From Candidatus Limnocylindria bacterium (GTDB lineage Bacteria; Chloroflexota; Limnocylindria; QHBO01), in the NCBI GenBank assembly GCA_046715765.1, contig JBKJYH010000048.1:1-61020 (forward strand): DNA of 61,020 nt, read 5' to 3'. A model generated the notes under the pieces. The model was not told where the DNA came from. It did not search any database and saw only the letters and a list, made by a program, of their open reading frames with translations. This document shows positions 1-9,560 of this stretch, piece after piece. The position numbers were made by a program, and so were the translations under genes. Numbering within the stretch: position 1 is the first letter of the stretch; each line of letters begins with the position of its first letter.

Positions 1-77
1 TGGTGGGCGACACTGGACTCGAACCAGTGACCTCTTGCATGTCAAGCAAGTGCTCTAACCAGCTGAGCTAGCCGCCC
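1..77 (-). tRNA. tRNA-Val (anticodon GAC)
   Basis: The reverse complement folds as a cloverleaf. Acceptor is GGGCGGC/GTCGCCC, anticodon stem CTTGC/GCAAG, loop TTGACAT (GAC), T-loop TTCGAGT. CCA is encoded at window positions 1-3. Confidence 0.9.
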
Positions 78-131
78 GTCGGGGGCGCTATGGTGCCCGA
101 TCCACCGATGCGCGGCAACTGGCCGCAGGGC

Positions 132-467
132 TTACCAGTCGATCGCCACGCAGGGCTCGTCACCGACGACCCATGCGAGGTGGCCGGGATGGATCTCCAG
201 GTAGTCGCCCGGCTCACCGATCAGCTCGGTGCCATCGCCGGTGAGGTAGCGGATCCGCCCCGAGACGATTACTTCGCGGTGCTCCATCGGACAGGTCGCG
301 CCGGGCTGGCCCTCGCCGAACTGCGCGAACCAGCTCCAGCCGGGTTGCATCACCGAGCGCATGACCATGGCGGTGTCGGAGATGGCGATGATCTCGGTGC
401 TGCTGCCATCCGCTGCCACGAACCGCTCATCAGGCTGGTCGAAACTCCGGCGCGAGATGCCGGCCAT
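132..467 (-). CDS. cupin domain protein
   Basis: 111-aa ORF. The 'GDYLEIHPGHLAWVVGDEP' strand pattern is typical of small cupin_2 proteins. There is a 3-nt gap to the upstream gene. Confidence 0.65.
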   Translation of the reverse strand: MAGISRRSFDQPDERFVAADGSSTEIIAISDTAMVMRSVMQPGWSWFAQFGEGQPGATCPMEHREVIVSGRIRYLTGDGTELIGEPGDYLEIHPGHLAWVVGDEPCVAIDW

Positions 468-470
468 CGG

Positions 471-740
471 TCAGCGGCGCCAGTCGGTGGAGATCGGGGT
501 GGTGCCCAGGGCTCGGTGAATCTCGGTTCGGTATCGGGCACCCGAGGGATGGCGTTCCAGCCAGCGCAGGTAGTCGGGATCGGCCTCCGCGAGTTCGGCT
601 ACCGTCCGGCCGGCGTAGTGCCCGAAGTCGATGATGGTGGGATCGAAGGTGGGCTGAAGGGTGGTCGGGACGCCAGGGCCCACTGGCTCAAGGGTGCCAT
701 CCCTGACGGGGACTGATCGGACCTCGTTGGACTCTGTCAT
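471..740 (-). CDS. DUF3820-like small protein (exodeoxyribonuclease X C-terminal-like motif)
   Basis: 89-aa ORF. 'FGHYAGRTVAELAEADPDYLRWL' resembles the FGK-x-KG-x-T-x-x-E...DP-x-YL-x-WL motif of this family. This is recalled, not searched. Confidence 0.5.
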   Translation of the reverse strand: MTESNEVRSVPVRDGTLEPVGPGVPTTLQPTFDPTIIDFGHYAGRTVAELAEADPDYLRWLERHPSGARYRTEIHRALGTTPISTDWRR

Positions 741-808
741 TGCAGCTCCTCCGAGCGGTCATCCTACGCCGGGGGTTGCCGACACGCACCGCGTTTTCGC
801 TCAAGCGG

Positions 809-2443
809 TCATGCCCGATGTACCTCATGTCCGTCGACCAGCGTCAGCAGCGACCGAGCGGCGGCCATCACCTCCCCCCCGGCCAGTAGGGTGGGCAGGT
901 CGACGTCGAGCACAGCCAGATCGGCGCGGGCGCCAGGACGAAGATGACCCTCATCGTTCAGGCCGAGCCCGGCGGCTGGGCCAGATGTGTAGGCAGCCAG
1001 TGCGGTGGCCGCATCGATCGCCTGCTCGGGCCGCCAGTCGGGGGTCCCGTCACCGGGGAACCGGCGGTGGACGGCTGCGAAGATGCCGTGCCAGGGGTTG
1101 ACCGATTCGATCGGGGCATCAGAACCGAATGCGAGCCGCGCGCCGGAGTCGGCGATGGCGCGAGTGGCGTAGACATCGGCCAACCGGTCGGCCCAGCAGC
1201 GCTCCGCGGGGTCACGGTCGGCCGCCGCGTGGATCGGCTGAAGGCTCGCAGTCAAGTCCATGCGCGCGATGCGGGTGAGGTCGTCCCGACGGACCAGCTG
1301 GAGGTGCTCCAGGCGGTGAGGCACGGCATCTGACGCGCCCGAAACCCGTCCCACGGCGTCGAGTGCGACCGCCAGGGCCCGATCCCCGATGGCATGCATC
1401 GCAACCCTGAGGCTCGCCTCCGCTGCCTCCGCGATCAACGCGGCGACATCATCTGCCCCCAGGCGCAGGATCCCCCGGTTGTCACCGGCCCCGCAGGTAT
1501 AGGCGCCGAAGCAGGCAGCGGTTCGTGAGCCGAGCGCGCCGTCGAGGTAGACCTTTACCCATCCCCCGCGAAGGGTGCCGGCGGCACCCACCAAGGCGCC
1601 TGTGCGCACGCCGAGCCTCGCTGCGGCTTGCACTGCATCTGCCGGGACGTTGACCGCCAGCCGGAGCCGCCCGTCAAGCAAGTCGCGGTTGGCGAGGATC
1701 TGCGACGCGCTGTCACCAAGGCCAGCGTGGTCCCCCACCCCGTCGAAGGCGGCACTGTCGCCCGCATCCGTCGCGGCGGTGATCCCCAGGGCTGACAACT
1801 CGACGACCGTCTCATCCAGGGCGGCGCGCAGCGGGTCGCCGACGAGGCTACCGCAGACCGGATCGACCAGGTCGGTGGCGCGCTCGCGGAGCACACCGGT
1901 CAGCCGGCCCGAGGAGTCGCGCTCCAGCCGGCCACCGGGCGGATCCGGGGTCTCCGCACCGAGCCCGGCGAGGGAAAGTGCCGCCGCCGAGGCCCAGGCC
2001 GAGTGGCCATCGTGGCTGTACAGGAAGGCGGGGGCTGCTCCGGCGACCCTGGCCAGCTCCTCGGTCGGGCCGGCCTCGAAGACGGCCTCGTGCCAGCCTC
2101 GACCGCGCAGCCACTCCCCCGCCGGCAGCCCGCTCACCCCCCGCGCCAGCGCTTCGCGGAGCTCGGAGAAGGCCGCCGCTCCGTCCAGCGCCAGCTCGCG
2201 GCGGGCGCGAGCCATCCCGACCAGGTGCAGGTGGAAGTCGTGGATCCCCGGCACGATCGCCGAACCACGCAGGTCAAGGTGCTCTGCCCCCGGGGCCGCC
2301 GCGTTCGCGACCTCAGCCTGGCTGCCGGCGCTGACCACCCGCCCGTCGGCGATCCCGATCGCGTCGGCGGTCCGGACGCCGACCGGCGTCGCCTCGAGCA
2401 CCACCTGACCGATCAGGACGAGGGTGGCGCGTGCATCGGGCAT
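809..2443 (-). CDS. metal-dependent amidohydrolase (amidohydrolase_3 / YtcJ-like)
   Basis: 544 aa. It has an N-terminal 'GIHDFHLHL' metal-binding H-x-H, a later 'VAMHAIGD', and 'AFGSDAPIE' near the C-terminus. It is the last gene of a co-directional array. Confidence 0.8.
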   Translation of the reverse strand: MPDARATLVLIGQVVLEATPVGVRTADAIGIADGRVVSAGSQAEVANAAAPGAEHLDLRGSAIVPGIHDFHLHLVGMARARRELALDGAAAFSELREALARGVSGLPAGEWLRGRGWHEAVFEAGPTEELARVAGAAPAFLYSHDGHSAWASAAALSLAGLGAETPDPPGGRLERDSSGRLTGVLRERATDLVDPVCGSLVGDPLRAALDETVVELSALGITAATDAGDSAAFDGVGDHAGLGDSASQILANRDLLDGRLRLAVNVPADAVQAAARLGVRTGALVGAAGTLRGGWVKVYLDGALGSRTAACFGAYTCGAGDNRGILRLGADDVAALIAEAAEASLRVAMHAIGDRALAVALDAVGRVSGASDAVPHRLEHLQLVRRDDLTRIARMDLTASLQPIHAAADRDPAERCWADRLADVYATRAIADSGARLAFGSDAPIESVNPWHGIFAAVHRRFPGDGTPDWRPEQAIDAATALAAYTSGPAAGLGLNDEGHLRPGARADLAVLDVDLPTLLAGGEVMAAARSLLTLVDGHEVHRA

Positions 2444-2447
2444 GTGG

Positions 2448-3848
2448 TTATGCGCCGAGGGAGTCAGGCTCGTCGGTCGGGATGTGTCTGTGGAGTCCCG
2501 AACGCGAGTTGTCCCGCCACGAGCGTACGCCGGCGTACAGGGTGGCGGCGGCGAGCAGGACCAGGACCACCGGAATGCCGGCTCCCGGCCACGCGATGTT
2601 CAGCAGGTCGGCGGCCACCGGCGCCACGATCACCGGCACGAACGAGGCAACCGAGAGGAGGGTGTTGAGGATTCCAAAGATCCGTCCGCGAACGTCCACC
2701 GGCAGCTCTTCCTGGAGCGAGGTCTGGGCCGGGATGGCGATCAGCGCGTACTCGATCCCCGCGACCAGCCCGACCACCGAGACGAGCGCGATGACCGACA
2801 GAAAGATGCTCAGCTCGGGCAGGCCGGCCTCGATCGGTTGCAGCGCGGGACTCAGCAGGGTGACCAACGGACGGATGGCCGCCAGGCCGAGCAGGGTGAT
2901 GGTCATCCCAAGCAGCGCGACGTCGATCACCAATCGCTTCGGCACGCGTCGACCGACCGAGTTGAGCAGCACGATCCCGATCACCGCTCCCAGCCCGGCG
3001 GGACCCATCACGTAGAAGAAGTCCTGGGGGCGCAGGCGCAGGATATCGGTCGCGAAGCCGGGGCCGAGCGCACCGAGGATTCCGATCAGGCTGGCGGAGT
3101 ATCCCAGGTAGGCGAGCGACCACGCCACTCGGCGGTGGGTGCGGACAAAGGTGATCCCTTCGTGGAGCTGTCCCCAGACCGCGGTCAGCGCCCCTACCGC
3201 CTCCACGCCGCCGATCGGGGCCATCTTCTCGGGCGGGACCCTGGGCAGCGGCAGGATCGCGAGCGCCGCGAGACCGAACATGACGGCGACCACGACGTAG
3301 ACCGTCTGCACGTCCGCCGCGGTCAGCAGCAGCGGGCCGAGGAATCCAAAGCCGATTGCAAAGGCGCCGTTGATGGTGATCACGAACACGGAGTTGGCCG
3401 CCAGCAGGTGGCGGCGTTCGACAATACGCGGGATGCTGGTCAGCTCTGCCGGTGCGAAGAAGGCGGTGACGGTCGAGATCAACAGGTTCACCACCAGGAT
3501 GACGACCACATTGACCCCGACCACCAGGAAGAGGAGGGTCAGCCCGGCGCGTGCCGCGTTCGAGACCAGCATGATCAGTCGAGCATCGCTGCGCTCCACC
3601 ATCACCCCCGCGATGGCCGAGAAGACCACCGCCGGCACCAGGAAGGTGAGGATCAAGACCGCGTTGAGGGTGTTCGAGCCGGTCTCTTCGACGACCACCG
3701 CCATCAGCGCGGCAAGGAGCATGTTCCCGCCCAGCTGGCTGAGCAGTTGAGCGACCCACAGCAGCACGAAGCTGCGGTTGCGGAAGACCGAACCGGCGCC
3801 GCGCAGGCCGGCCGTCCCGAGGTCGGGTGGCAATTCGACGTGGGCCAT
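2448..3848 (-). CDS. MFS transporter (MFS_3 / EntS-like exporter type)
   Basis: About 12 hydrophobic segments, with 'FRNRSFVLLWVAQLLSQLGGNM' at the N-terminus. The ORF was trimmed to the ATG (MAHVELPP) 2 nt after the upstream stop. Confidence 0.8.
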   Translation of the reverse strand: MAHVELPPDLGTAGLRGAGSVFRNRSFVLLWVAQLLSQLGGNMLLAALMAVVVEETGSNTLNAVLILTFLVPAVVFSAIAGVMVERSDARLIMLVSNAARAGLTLLFLVVGVNVVVILVVNLLISTVTAFFAPAELTSIPRIVERRHLLAANSVFVITINGAFAIGFGFLGPLLLTAADVQTVYVVVAVMFGLAALAILPLPRVPPEKMAPIGGVEAVGALTAVWGQLHEGITFVRTHRRVAWSLAYLGYSASLIGILGALGPGFATDILRLRPQDFFYVMGPAGLGAVIGIVLLNSVGRRVPKRLVIDVALLGMTITLLGLAAIRPLVTLLSPALQPIEAGLPELSIFLSVIALVSVVGLVAGIEYALIAIPAQTSLQEELPVDVRGRIFGILNTLLSVASFVPVIVAPVAADLLNIAWPGAGIPVVLVLLAAATLYAGVRSWRDNSRSGLHRHIPTDEPDSLGA

Positions 3849-3850
3849 CC

Positions 3851-4057
3851 TCAGGCCGGCTCCGGCCCGTGGTCGAGGTGCTCGACGTAGCGGCGTTCCA
3901 CGTCCAGGCGGTCCATCAGGATCCGATGCCCGCATGTTCGGCAACGCAGGCCGATGTCAGCTCCGAGACGGTCCACTTCGAAGGTTGCTCCACCGCATGG
4001 GTGCGCCCGGCGCAGGCGCAGCCGGTCCCCGATGCGAAGTTCCACGACGGCGTTCAT
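3851..4057 (-). CDS. DUF951 family small protein (YyzM-like, zinc-ribbon-like)
   Basis: 68 aa. 'AHPCGG..F.V.RLGADIGLRCRTCGH' matches the recalled HPCG...GxDIxIKCxxCxH signature. Its ATG overlaps the pmbA stop (ATGA at 4054-4057). Confidence 0.6.
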   Translation of the reverse strand: MNAVVELRIGDRLRLRRAHPCGGATFEVDRLGADIGLRCRTCGHRILMDRLDVERRYVEHLDHGPEPA

Positions 4058-5406
4058 GCGGTCCCCTCGGCCGCGGTCGCCCCGGTGAAGGCGAAGCGAT
4101 CCAGGCGGAGAGCCGGAACGCGGGCGTTTACCCCGCTGTACTCGGCCGCGACCAGCCGGGTCTCGCGGCTGATCGCGGAAGCGGCGCTGAACGCCTCCGG
4201 AATCGCCTGGGTGAAGCGCAGGTTGCGCAGCGGACGTGTCACTTGCCCGTCCTCGATCAGGAAGGTGCCGTCGCGAGTCATCCCGGTCATGATCGCGCGA
4301 CGTTCGTGCACCGCGCTCAGGTAGTGAAACCGGGTGATCCACACGCCGCGCCGAATGCCCGACGCGAGTTCGGCGCGTGGGGTTGACCCGCCCGCCATGA
4401 ACAGGTTCCAGCCCAGCGGACCCCACGCATTGGGGGCGGGCAGACCGTGGCCCGTTGAAGCAGTGCCGGCCCGGCGCGCGGTGGCACTGTCATGCAGCAC
4501 CCCGGTCGCGACTCCGCGTACCACCAGGTCCACTCGCTGCTTGGGCACCCCTTCGTAGTCCACCGGGCTGGGCAGGCCGCTCGGATCGAGGCCGTCATCC
4601 CAGATCGAGATGTTGTCGCCCATCACCCGCTCGCCAAGCTCCATAAACGAGCGGCCCTCTTCGAGTGCCAGCGCGGAGAAGCCGTCGTACCCGATGTACT
4701 CGAGCAGCGTCTGGACCGCGTAATGGTCGAGGACCACGGGGTATTCCCCTGGGTCGAGTTCGACCGGGTTCGCGGAGGCCGCCGCGCGCGTGGCGGCTTC
4801 CTCGCCGACTGCCACCGGGTCGATCGCGCTCACGTCGCTGGCGGTGGCCTGCGCATACCCAGAGCGCCCCTGGTCGCCCATCATCACGGTCAACAGCTTG
4901 GCCTGGGTGGCGCTGTGAGATTGGCGCAGCCCGCGGCTGTTGGCGACCACGATGGTGTTGGTCTCGGTCAGGAACGAGCCGCTGACCTCGAGGCCCGCGG
5001 CCCGTCCCGCGTCAATCACCGCGCGCGCGCCGGCGGCGCGCAGACCCGGGTTGGCATCCCGGGTCGCGGCAGCCAATCCCAACTTGCCAGGCACCCGAGC
5101 GACGGCCGGCTCCGGCAGCGGCGTCGGTTCGGGGTGGACTGCCGCGCGGCGACAGATCGCGTCGGCGCGGGCGACGACGTCGCGGAGTCCATCCGGATCC
5201 AGGCGATTAGTGGACGCCACCCCGGTGCGCCCTCCATCCACCAGGCGGACGCGAATCGTGGCGTCGTGCTCGGATACGTTCTGGTGCACCTGGGAGGCGG
5301 CAAATCTGGTCAGAGCCGAATCGTGGGCCTGGTAGACCACCTCTGCCGCCGGGGTCGGTGCGAGCGCGAGCGCCTGCTCCAGCAACGTCTCGATCGGAAC
5401 TACCAT
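4054..5406 (-). CDS. pmbA: TldE/PmbA-family metalloprotease subunit
   Basis: 450 aa after trimming to MVVPIETLLEQAL. It has the PmbA_TldD fold pattern (..RTGVASTN.., C-terminal FxxxxP-rich barrel). It overlaps the tldD stop by 7 nt. Confidence 0.8.
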   Translation of the reverse strand: MVVPIETLLEQALALAPTPAAEVVYQAHDSALTRFAASQVHQNVSEHDATIRVRLVDGGRTGVASTNRLDPDGLRDVVARADAICRRAAVHPEPTPLPEPAVARVPGKLGLAAATRDANPGLRAAGARAVIDAGRAAGLEVSGSFLTETNTIVVANSRGLRQSHSATQAKLLTVMMGDQGRSGYAQATASDVSAIDPVAVGEEAATRAAASANPVELDPGEYPVVLDHYAVQTLLEYIGYDGFSALALEEGRSFMELGERVMGDNISIWDDGLDPSGLPSPVDYEGVPKQRVDLVVRGVATGVLHDSATARRAGTASTGHGLPAPNAWGPLGWNLFMAGGSTPRAELASGIRRGVWITRFHYLSAVHERRAIMTGMTRDGTFLIEDGQVTRPLRNLRFTQAIPEAFSAASAISRETRLVAAEYSGVNARVPALRLDRFAFTGATAAEGTA

Positions 5407-6845
5407 CGGCCGACCCCCACCTGCACGCCGCGGAAGCGCGCGGGCGCGGCGCCGTGTCCGACGCGGTGGGTCTGCATCGGTTCGCCCTTGCCGCAGTTCG
5501 GCACGCCCCACAAGGTCCAGGCTTCGGGTCCACCGATCGCATCGCAGCTCCCCCAGAAGGCTGGCGTGATGCCCGTGTAGGTTGGATTGCGGACCATCTC
5601 GGCCAGGCGGCCGTTGCGGATCCTCCAGCCGATCTCGGTGCCGAACTGGAAGTTCAGGCGACGGTCATCGATGCTCCAGGATCGGTTGGTTGAGACGAAC
5701 AGGCCGTCGCGCGTATCGGCGATCAGATCGTCCAGGCTGCCGGCCGACCCGGGGCGCAGGCTGACGTTGGTCATCCGAATCAGGGGGATCACGTTCCAGC
5801 CGCTCGCCCGGCTGGAGCCCATCGATCGACGACCGAGCAGGGGCGCGGTCTCGCGGCTGGTCAGGTAGCCCACGAAGCGGCCGGCCGACACGATCGGCAC
5901 GTTCTGGGCGGGGACCCCCTCGTCGTCAAAGCCGAAGGTGCCGAGCCCGCCGGGCGCCGTGGCATCGGCATCGATATCCACCAGTTCGCTCCCGTACTGA
6001 AGCTTGTCGAGCTGGTCGAGGGTCAGGAAACTCGTGCCCGCAAAGGACGCCTCCATCCCCAGCACCCGGTCCAGCTCGATCGGGTGACCACACGACTCGT
6101 GGACCTGGAGGGCCATCTGCGACGAGTCGATCACCAGGTCCATCTCGCCTGCCGGGCATTGAGGCGCGTTGAGCAGCGCCACCGCCTGTTCCGCGATGCG
6201 TCGCCCGTGACTCGCCAGATCCAGCGCGCGAACCGACTCGAACCCTCCGGTGACGTGCTGGCCACTCGACTGCGGGTAGGTGCGTCGCTGGGCCTCGTGC
6301 TCATTGGCCGCGGTGACCTCCAGCCCGGCTCCGGCCTCGGCGAGGCGCTGCTCGATCCGCGACCCCGCGCTGGACATGAAGACCTTGTGCTCGCGCCCCG
6401 CATCGATGTGACCGCGCCGCGCGACGATTCCTGGCTCGCCGGCCATCTCACGATCCGCTTCGAACAGGATGGCGAGCTTGTCGTCGAGACTCACCGCGAA
6501 TGGGTCCTCCTCCAGTGGGGTGCTGTACGACGCAACCACCGGTGGCGTGTCGTCGAGCTGCACGGGCGTACCGCGGGCCATGCCGCTGGCGCGGGCGATG
6601 GCCACCGCCTCACGGGCGATCCCATCAATCGCGGCAGGCTCCATCCGAGCCGAGCCCGCGAAACCCCACGCCCCGTCAACCAGCACCCGGACTCCGATCC
6701 CTTCCGAGGTGCTCGACTCGGCACCCTCCAGGGCGCCGTTCTTCACGACCAGCGATTCGGTCCCGCGCGATACCCATCGCGCGTCGGCATAGGCGGCGCC
6801 GCTCCCGGTCGCCACCTCGAGCGCTCGTTGCAACAGGTCGTTCAC
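5400..6845 (-). CDS. tldD: TldD metalloprotease
   Basis: 481 aa with the 'HESCGHPIELD' HExxxH active-site motif and a typical TldD N-terminus. Its GTG start overlaps the upstream stop (GTGA). Confidence 0.85.
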   Translation of the reverse strand: MNDLLQRALEVATGSGAAYADARWVSRGTESLVVKNGALEGAESSTSEGIGVRVLVDGAWGFAGSARMEPAAIDGIAREAVAIARASGMARGTPVQLDDTPPVVASYSTPLEEDPFAVSLDDKLAILFEADREMAGEPGIVARRGHIDAGREHKVFMSSAGSRIEQRLAEAGAGLEVTAANEHEAQRRTYPQSSGQHVTGGFESVRALDLASHGRRIAEQAVALLNAPQCPAGEMDLVIDSSQMALQVHESCGHPIELDRVLGMEASFAGTSFLTLDQLDKLQYGSELVDIDADATAPGGLGTFGFDDEGVPAQNVPIVSAGRFVGYLTSRETAPLLGRRSMGSSRASGWNVIPLIRMTNVSLRPGSAGSLDDLIADTRDGLFVSTNRSWSIDDRRLNFQFGTEIGWRIRNGRLAEMVRNPTYTGITPAFWGSCDAIGGPEAWTLWGVPNCGKGEPMQTHRVGHGAAPARFRGVQVGVGRW

Positions 6846-7519
6846 TGCACCTCCATCGGGTCTCCGGCGACCGGCACCAACGCAACCAGACTTGCCGGCA
6901 ACTCGAGCAGCTCCACCTGGCGCAGGTCGATCGAGGCCGCGATGAAGAGCCGGAGTTGCGAGAGGATACCGCCGGGCCGTTCGATGGCGGACTGCAGGCC
7001 GCTGGGCGATCCGACCGCGGACAGGATGAACCGCCGACCGATCTCCACTCCGTCGATCTCGAGCGCGCGAGGGCCCATGATCGCCACCGATCGTGCCGTT
7101 ACCCGCACGTCATCGACCGCGATCGCTTCGGCCCCGGCGTTGCGCAACTCGTTGATCAGGTCGTTGAGGGCGATGGCATCGAGGTCGCCCTCGACCGTGA
7201 TCCGCAGCCCCTGACCCTCCACCGGCCCCAGTCCGGCAAAGGCGGTCAGCCGGCGCAGGTCCTCGCGGCCGGTGTCGATCGCACTTTGGCCCGCCGTGCC
7301 GCTGGTCCGGTATTCGCGCAGCTGGTTCTGGATATCGGTGAGGCCGGTACGGAGTTCCCGGTTGCGCGCTGAAAGGGTCTCGATCAGGGTCGACAGCTCC
7401 TGCGCCGACAGGCTGCTCAACTGGCTCGGCCGAGCCTGGGAGCGCAGTTGCCCGACCAGCAGCAGCCCGATGACCAGGGCAATCCCGAACAGGCTCCACT
7501 GTGCGGTGCGGCTGGCCAT
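6842..7519 (-). CDS. DUF881 domain membrane protein
   Basis: 225 aa with an N-terminal TM helix, a coiled-coil segment, then 'GLRITVEGD...LNDLINELRNAGAEAIAVDDVRV', which is typical of DUF881. Confidence 0.75.
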   Translation of the reverse strand: MASRTAQWSLFGIALVIGLLLVGQLRSQARPSQLSSLSAQELSTLIETLSARNRELRTGLTDIQNQLREYRTSGTAGQSAIDTGREDLRRLTAFAGLGPVEGQGLRITVEGDLDAIALNDLINELRNAGAEAIAVDDVRVTARSVAIMGPRALEIDGVEIGRRFILSAVGSPSGLQSAIERPGGILSQLRLFIAASIDLRQVELLELPASLVALVPVAGDPMEVQ

Positions 7520-8277
7520 CAGTCGGCGCCCTCGGTGGGCACGGCCCAGCGGAACCGGGTATTGCCGACGAACGAGGGCAGCTCCAGGCGATCGGCGGCA
7601 ACTGTTGCGAATTCGAGCCCGAAGACGTCGATGCGCTGCGCGACGCGTCCGAGAAACGCACCGTCAAGCATGAACCGATCCAGCAACCCCACCGGACCGA
7701 TCGCCTCGATCCGGAATGGCGGCGACAGGAAGGCGGTGTTGACCAGGATCGACTGCCCAACGCCATACAGCGACGAGGTGGCCACCAGCCGTTCGCCGTT
7801 GATCGTGATGGCCTCCGCGCCCGATGCCCACAGCGCGGTGACCAGATCGCGCAGGTCGTCCACCAGGACGATGTAGTTGGCCGGGTTCTCGCCGGCCGGC
7901 ACAACGCGCTGCGAGTCGGCGATCTCGACGATTGCGCCGGGCCCCTCCAGGCGAGTCAGGCCGGCTGCCAGGCGAGCCAGCGCAAGGCGTCGATTCAGGT
8001 CGGCCAGGGTCGTGGATGACGCGGCTGCCTCCTCCTGGAATGCCACCACCTGGGCCTCGGCCGCGGCGATTGCGGCGCGCAGGTCTTCCTGCTCCTGTTC
8101 GAGTTCGACCACCTGGTTGACGACCGCCTGTTGGACCGACGAAACGAACTCCTGGCGGGCGATCGAACTGTTCCATTGGGCGGCGCCCACCGCGCCGATG
8201 AGGGTCAGCGCGACGGCCATGCTGATCGCGAACTGGGGGCGCACTGGCAGGCGCAGGCGCGGTGGTGCAATCCTCAT
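7519..8277 (-). CDS. DUF881 domain membrane protein (paralogue)
   Basis: Trimmed to MRIAPPRL, whose ATG overlaps the upstream stop (ATGA at 8274-8277). 'GPGAIVEIAD...VDDLRDLVTALWASGAEAITINGERL' is the DUF881 signature. Confidence 0.7.
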   Translation of the reverse strand: MRIAPPRLRLPVRPQFAISMAVALTLIGAVGAAQWNSSIARQEFVSSVQQAVVNQVVELEQEQEDLRAAIAAAEAQVVAFQEEAAASSTTLADLNRRLALARLAAGLTRLEGPGAIVEIADSQRVVPAGENPANYIVLVDDLRDLVTALWASGAEAITINGERLVATSSLYGVGQSILVNTAFLSPPFRIEAIGPVGLLDRFMLDGAFLGRVAQRIDVFGLEFATVAADRLELPSFVGNTRFRWAVPTEGAD

Positions 8278-9560
8278 CCCGATACCCGCGACCGGCCCAG
8301 GCGGGCACCGACCAGAACGCCCAGGATGGTCAACAGCGCCACGGCGCCGATTGCCAGCGGCAGCCAATCCCCGCTCGATGCGCCACCCGCAGAGCCGCTG
8401 GACGGAGAAGGCCCCGGCTCGAGTGGCCCGCCCCCGTTGCGCGGCAGGCTCACCTCGGAGCGGTCAATCGGGGCCGGCTCCACGGGGCGTGGGACATCCG
8501 CCCCGTAGCGTGCGAAGTACGCCTGCTGGAGGGCGTTCCAGGTGAGCCCGGTGCCGGCCTCAAGCGCTTCCGCGTCGGTCGCGCCGTCCCGCCAGGCACC
8601 GGCGATGGCGGCAATCGCCTCCGGCCCGTGCTCGTCGATGATCATCTCGAGCATGGTTGCCCCCTGCGCGTAGGCCAGGCGCGCCCCTCGACCGTCGATC
8701 GGGAAGGCGGATTGGATCGCCTCGAAGGCGAACAGGCCGGCGCTCGCCTCGGCTTCCACGGTCGCCTGCTCCGCGGCCGCAGACCCCAGCTCGGACCAGG
8801 AGGCGAGCCCCTCGTTAAACCAGCTCGGCGGTTCATGGAACGGATTGCTGGTGGCGTCGTTAAAGACGATGTGGGTCACCTCGTGCACGAGGGCGGTCTC
8901 GAGGTACGCGTCCGACCCGCCGCCGAGCCACATGAACACGGTCCGAAGTTCCGGGAAGGCCGCTGCCCCCGTCCACTCCCGCGCGCCCGCGCCCAGCGCC
9001 CCGAAGAAGTCGTCGCGCGTCTCGTACACGAAGATGTCGATCGGTCCCGAGAGCGCGTGCCCGAGCAGGTCTTCGGCGCGCGCCACGCCGCCCGCGGTCA
9101 GCTCGCCGAAGTGACGCGCCTCCGCTTCGGCCGAGCCGTACCAATGGACCGTCGCCTCGCCCAGCCGAGCGGTCTGCCAGTCGAGCCCGGGCCGATCATC
9201 GTCGTACAGGACCGTCTGCTCCGGGCCGAGCGTGGCCGAGCCTGCCTGCGTGGCCCGCCAGCGGTAGTGGATCGGCGTGTTCGGTGTGATGGGACGGTCG
9301 GCGGCATCCCAACGGTAATCCGCGCTCGTGGCCTGGGGCTGGACCGGGACTACCAGGGTGACTTCCGAAGCCCCGAAGCGGAGGAGCAGGTCGAGGCGCT
9401 CCGGAGCACCGCCGGGCAACGCCACCGAGAAGGTCATGTCGTCGCCGTAGGTGGCGGTCGCCCTGCTGGCGCCGAAGCCCGTAAAGGCGACGGTCGGTGC
9501 TGCGACCACGAGGGCCATCGCCAAGCTCACCAGCCAGGGAACCAGCCGACGCACGCGCAT
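8274..9560 (-). CDS. membrane-anchored HExxH metallopeptidase (peptidase MA-like)
   Basis: Trimmed to MRVRRLVPWLVSLAMAL, a signal-like N-terminus. It has a 'LVHEVTHIVF' HExxH motif, a C-terminal Gly/Ser/Pro linker and a TM helix (LPLAIGAVALLTILGVLVGA). Confidence 0.6.
   Translation of the reverse strand: MRVRRLVPWLVSLAMALVVAAPTVAFTGFGASRATATYGDDMTFSVALPGGAPERLDLLLRFGASEVTLVVPVQPQATSADYRWDAADRPITPNTPIHYRWRATQAGSATLGPEQTVLYDDDRPGLDWQTARLGEATVHWYGSAEAEARHFGELTAGGVARAEDLLGHALSGPIDIFVYETRDDFFGALGAGAREWTGAAAFPELRTVFMWLGGGSDAYLETALVHEVTHIVFNDATSNPFHEPPSWFNEGLASWSELGSAAAEQATVEAEASAGLFAFEAIQSAFPIDGRGARLAYAQGATMLEMIIDEHGPEAIAAIAGAWRDGATDAEALEAGTGLTWNALQQAYFARYGADVPRPVEPAPIDRSEVSLPRNGGGPLEPGPSPSSGSAGGASSGDWLPLAIGAVALLTILGVLVGARLGRSRVSG

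Noticed and set aside
2424-3890. 488-aa plus-strand ORF, and other very long antisense ORFs (e.g. 19905-21719 +, 8262-9713 +, 15025-16203 -, 28311-29627 +, 38982-40262 -, 56263-57846 +).
   Set aside because: All lie antisense or out of frame to genes with clear family motifs. Their translations are Arg/Pro/Gly/His/Asp-rich low-complexity strings typical of non-coding frames in ~70% GC DNA. None has a recognisable motif.
3851-4057. The DUF951 small protein considered as a RiPP or microcin precursor for the adjacent TldD/PmbA protease and MFS exporter.
   Set aside because: The sequence matches a widely conserved Zn-ribbon-like family (HPCG...CxxCxH) found in many genomes without such neighbours. 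It lacks a leader/core organisation or a Gly/Ser/Cys-rich core.
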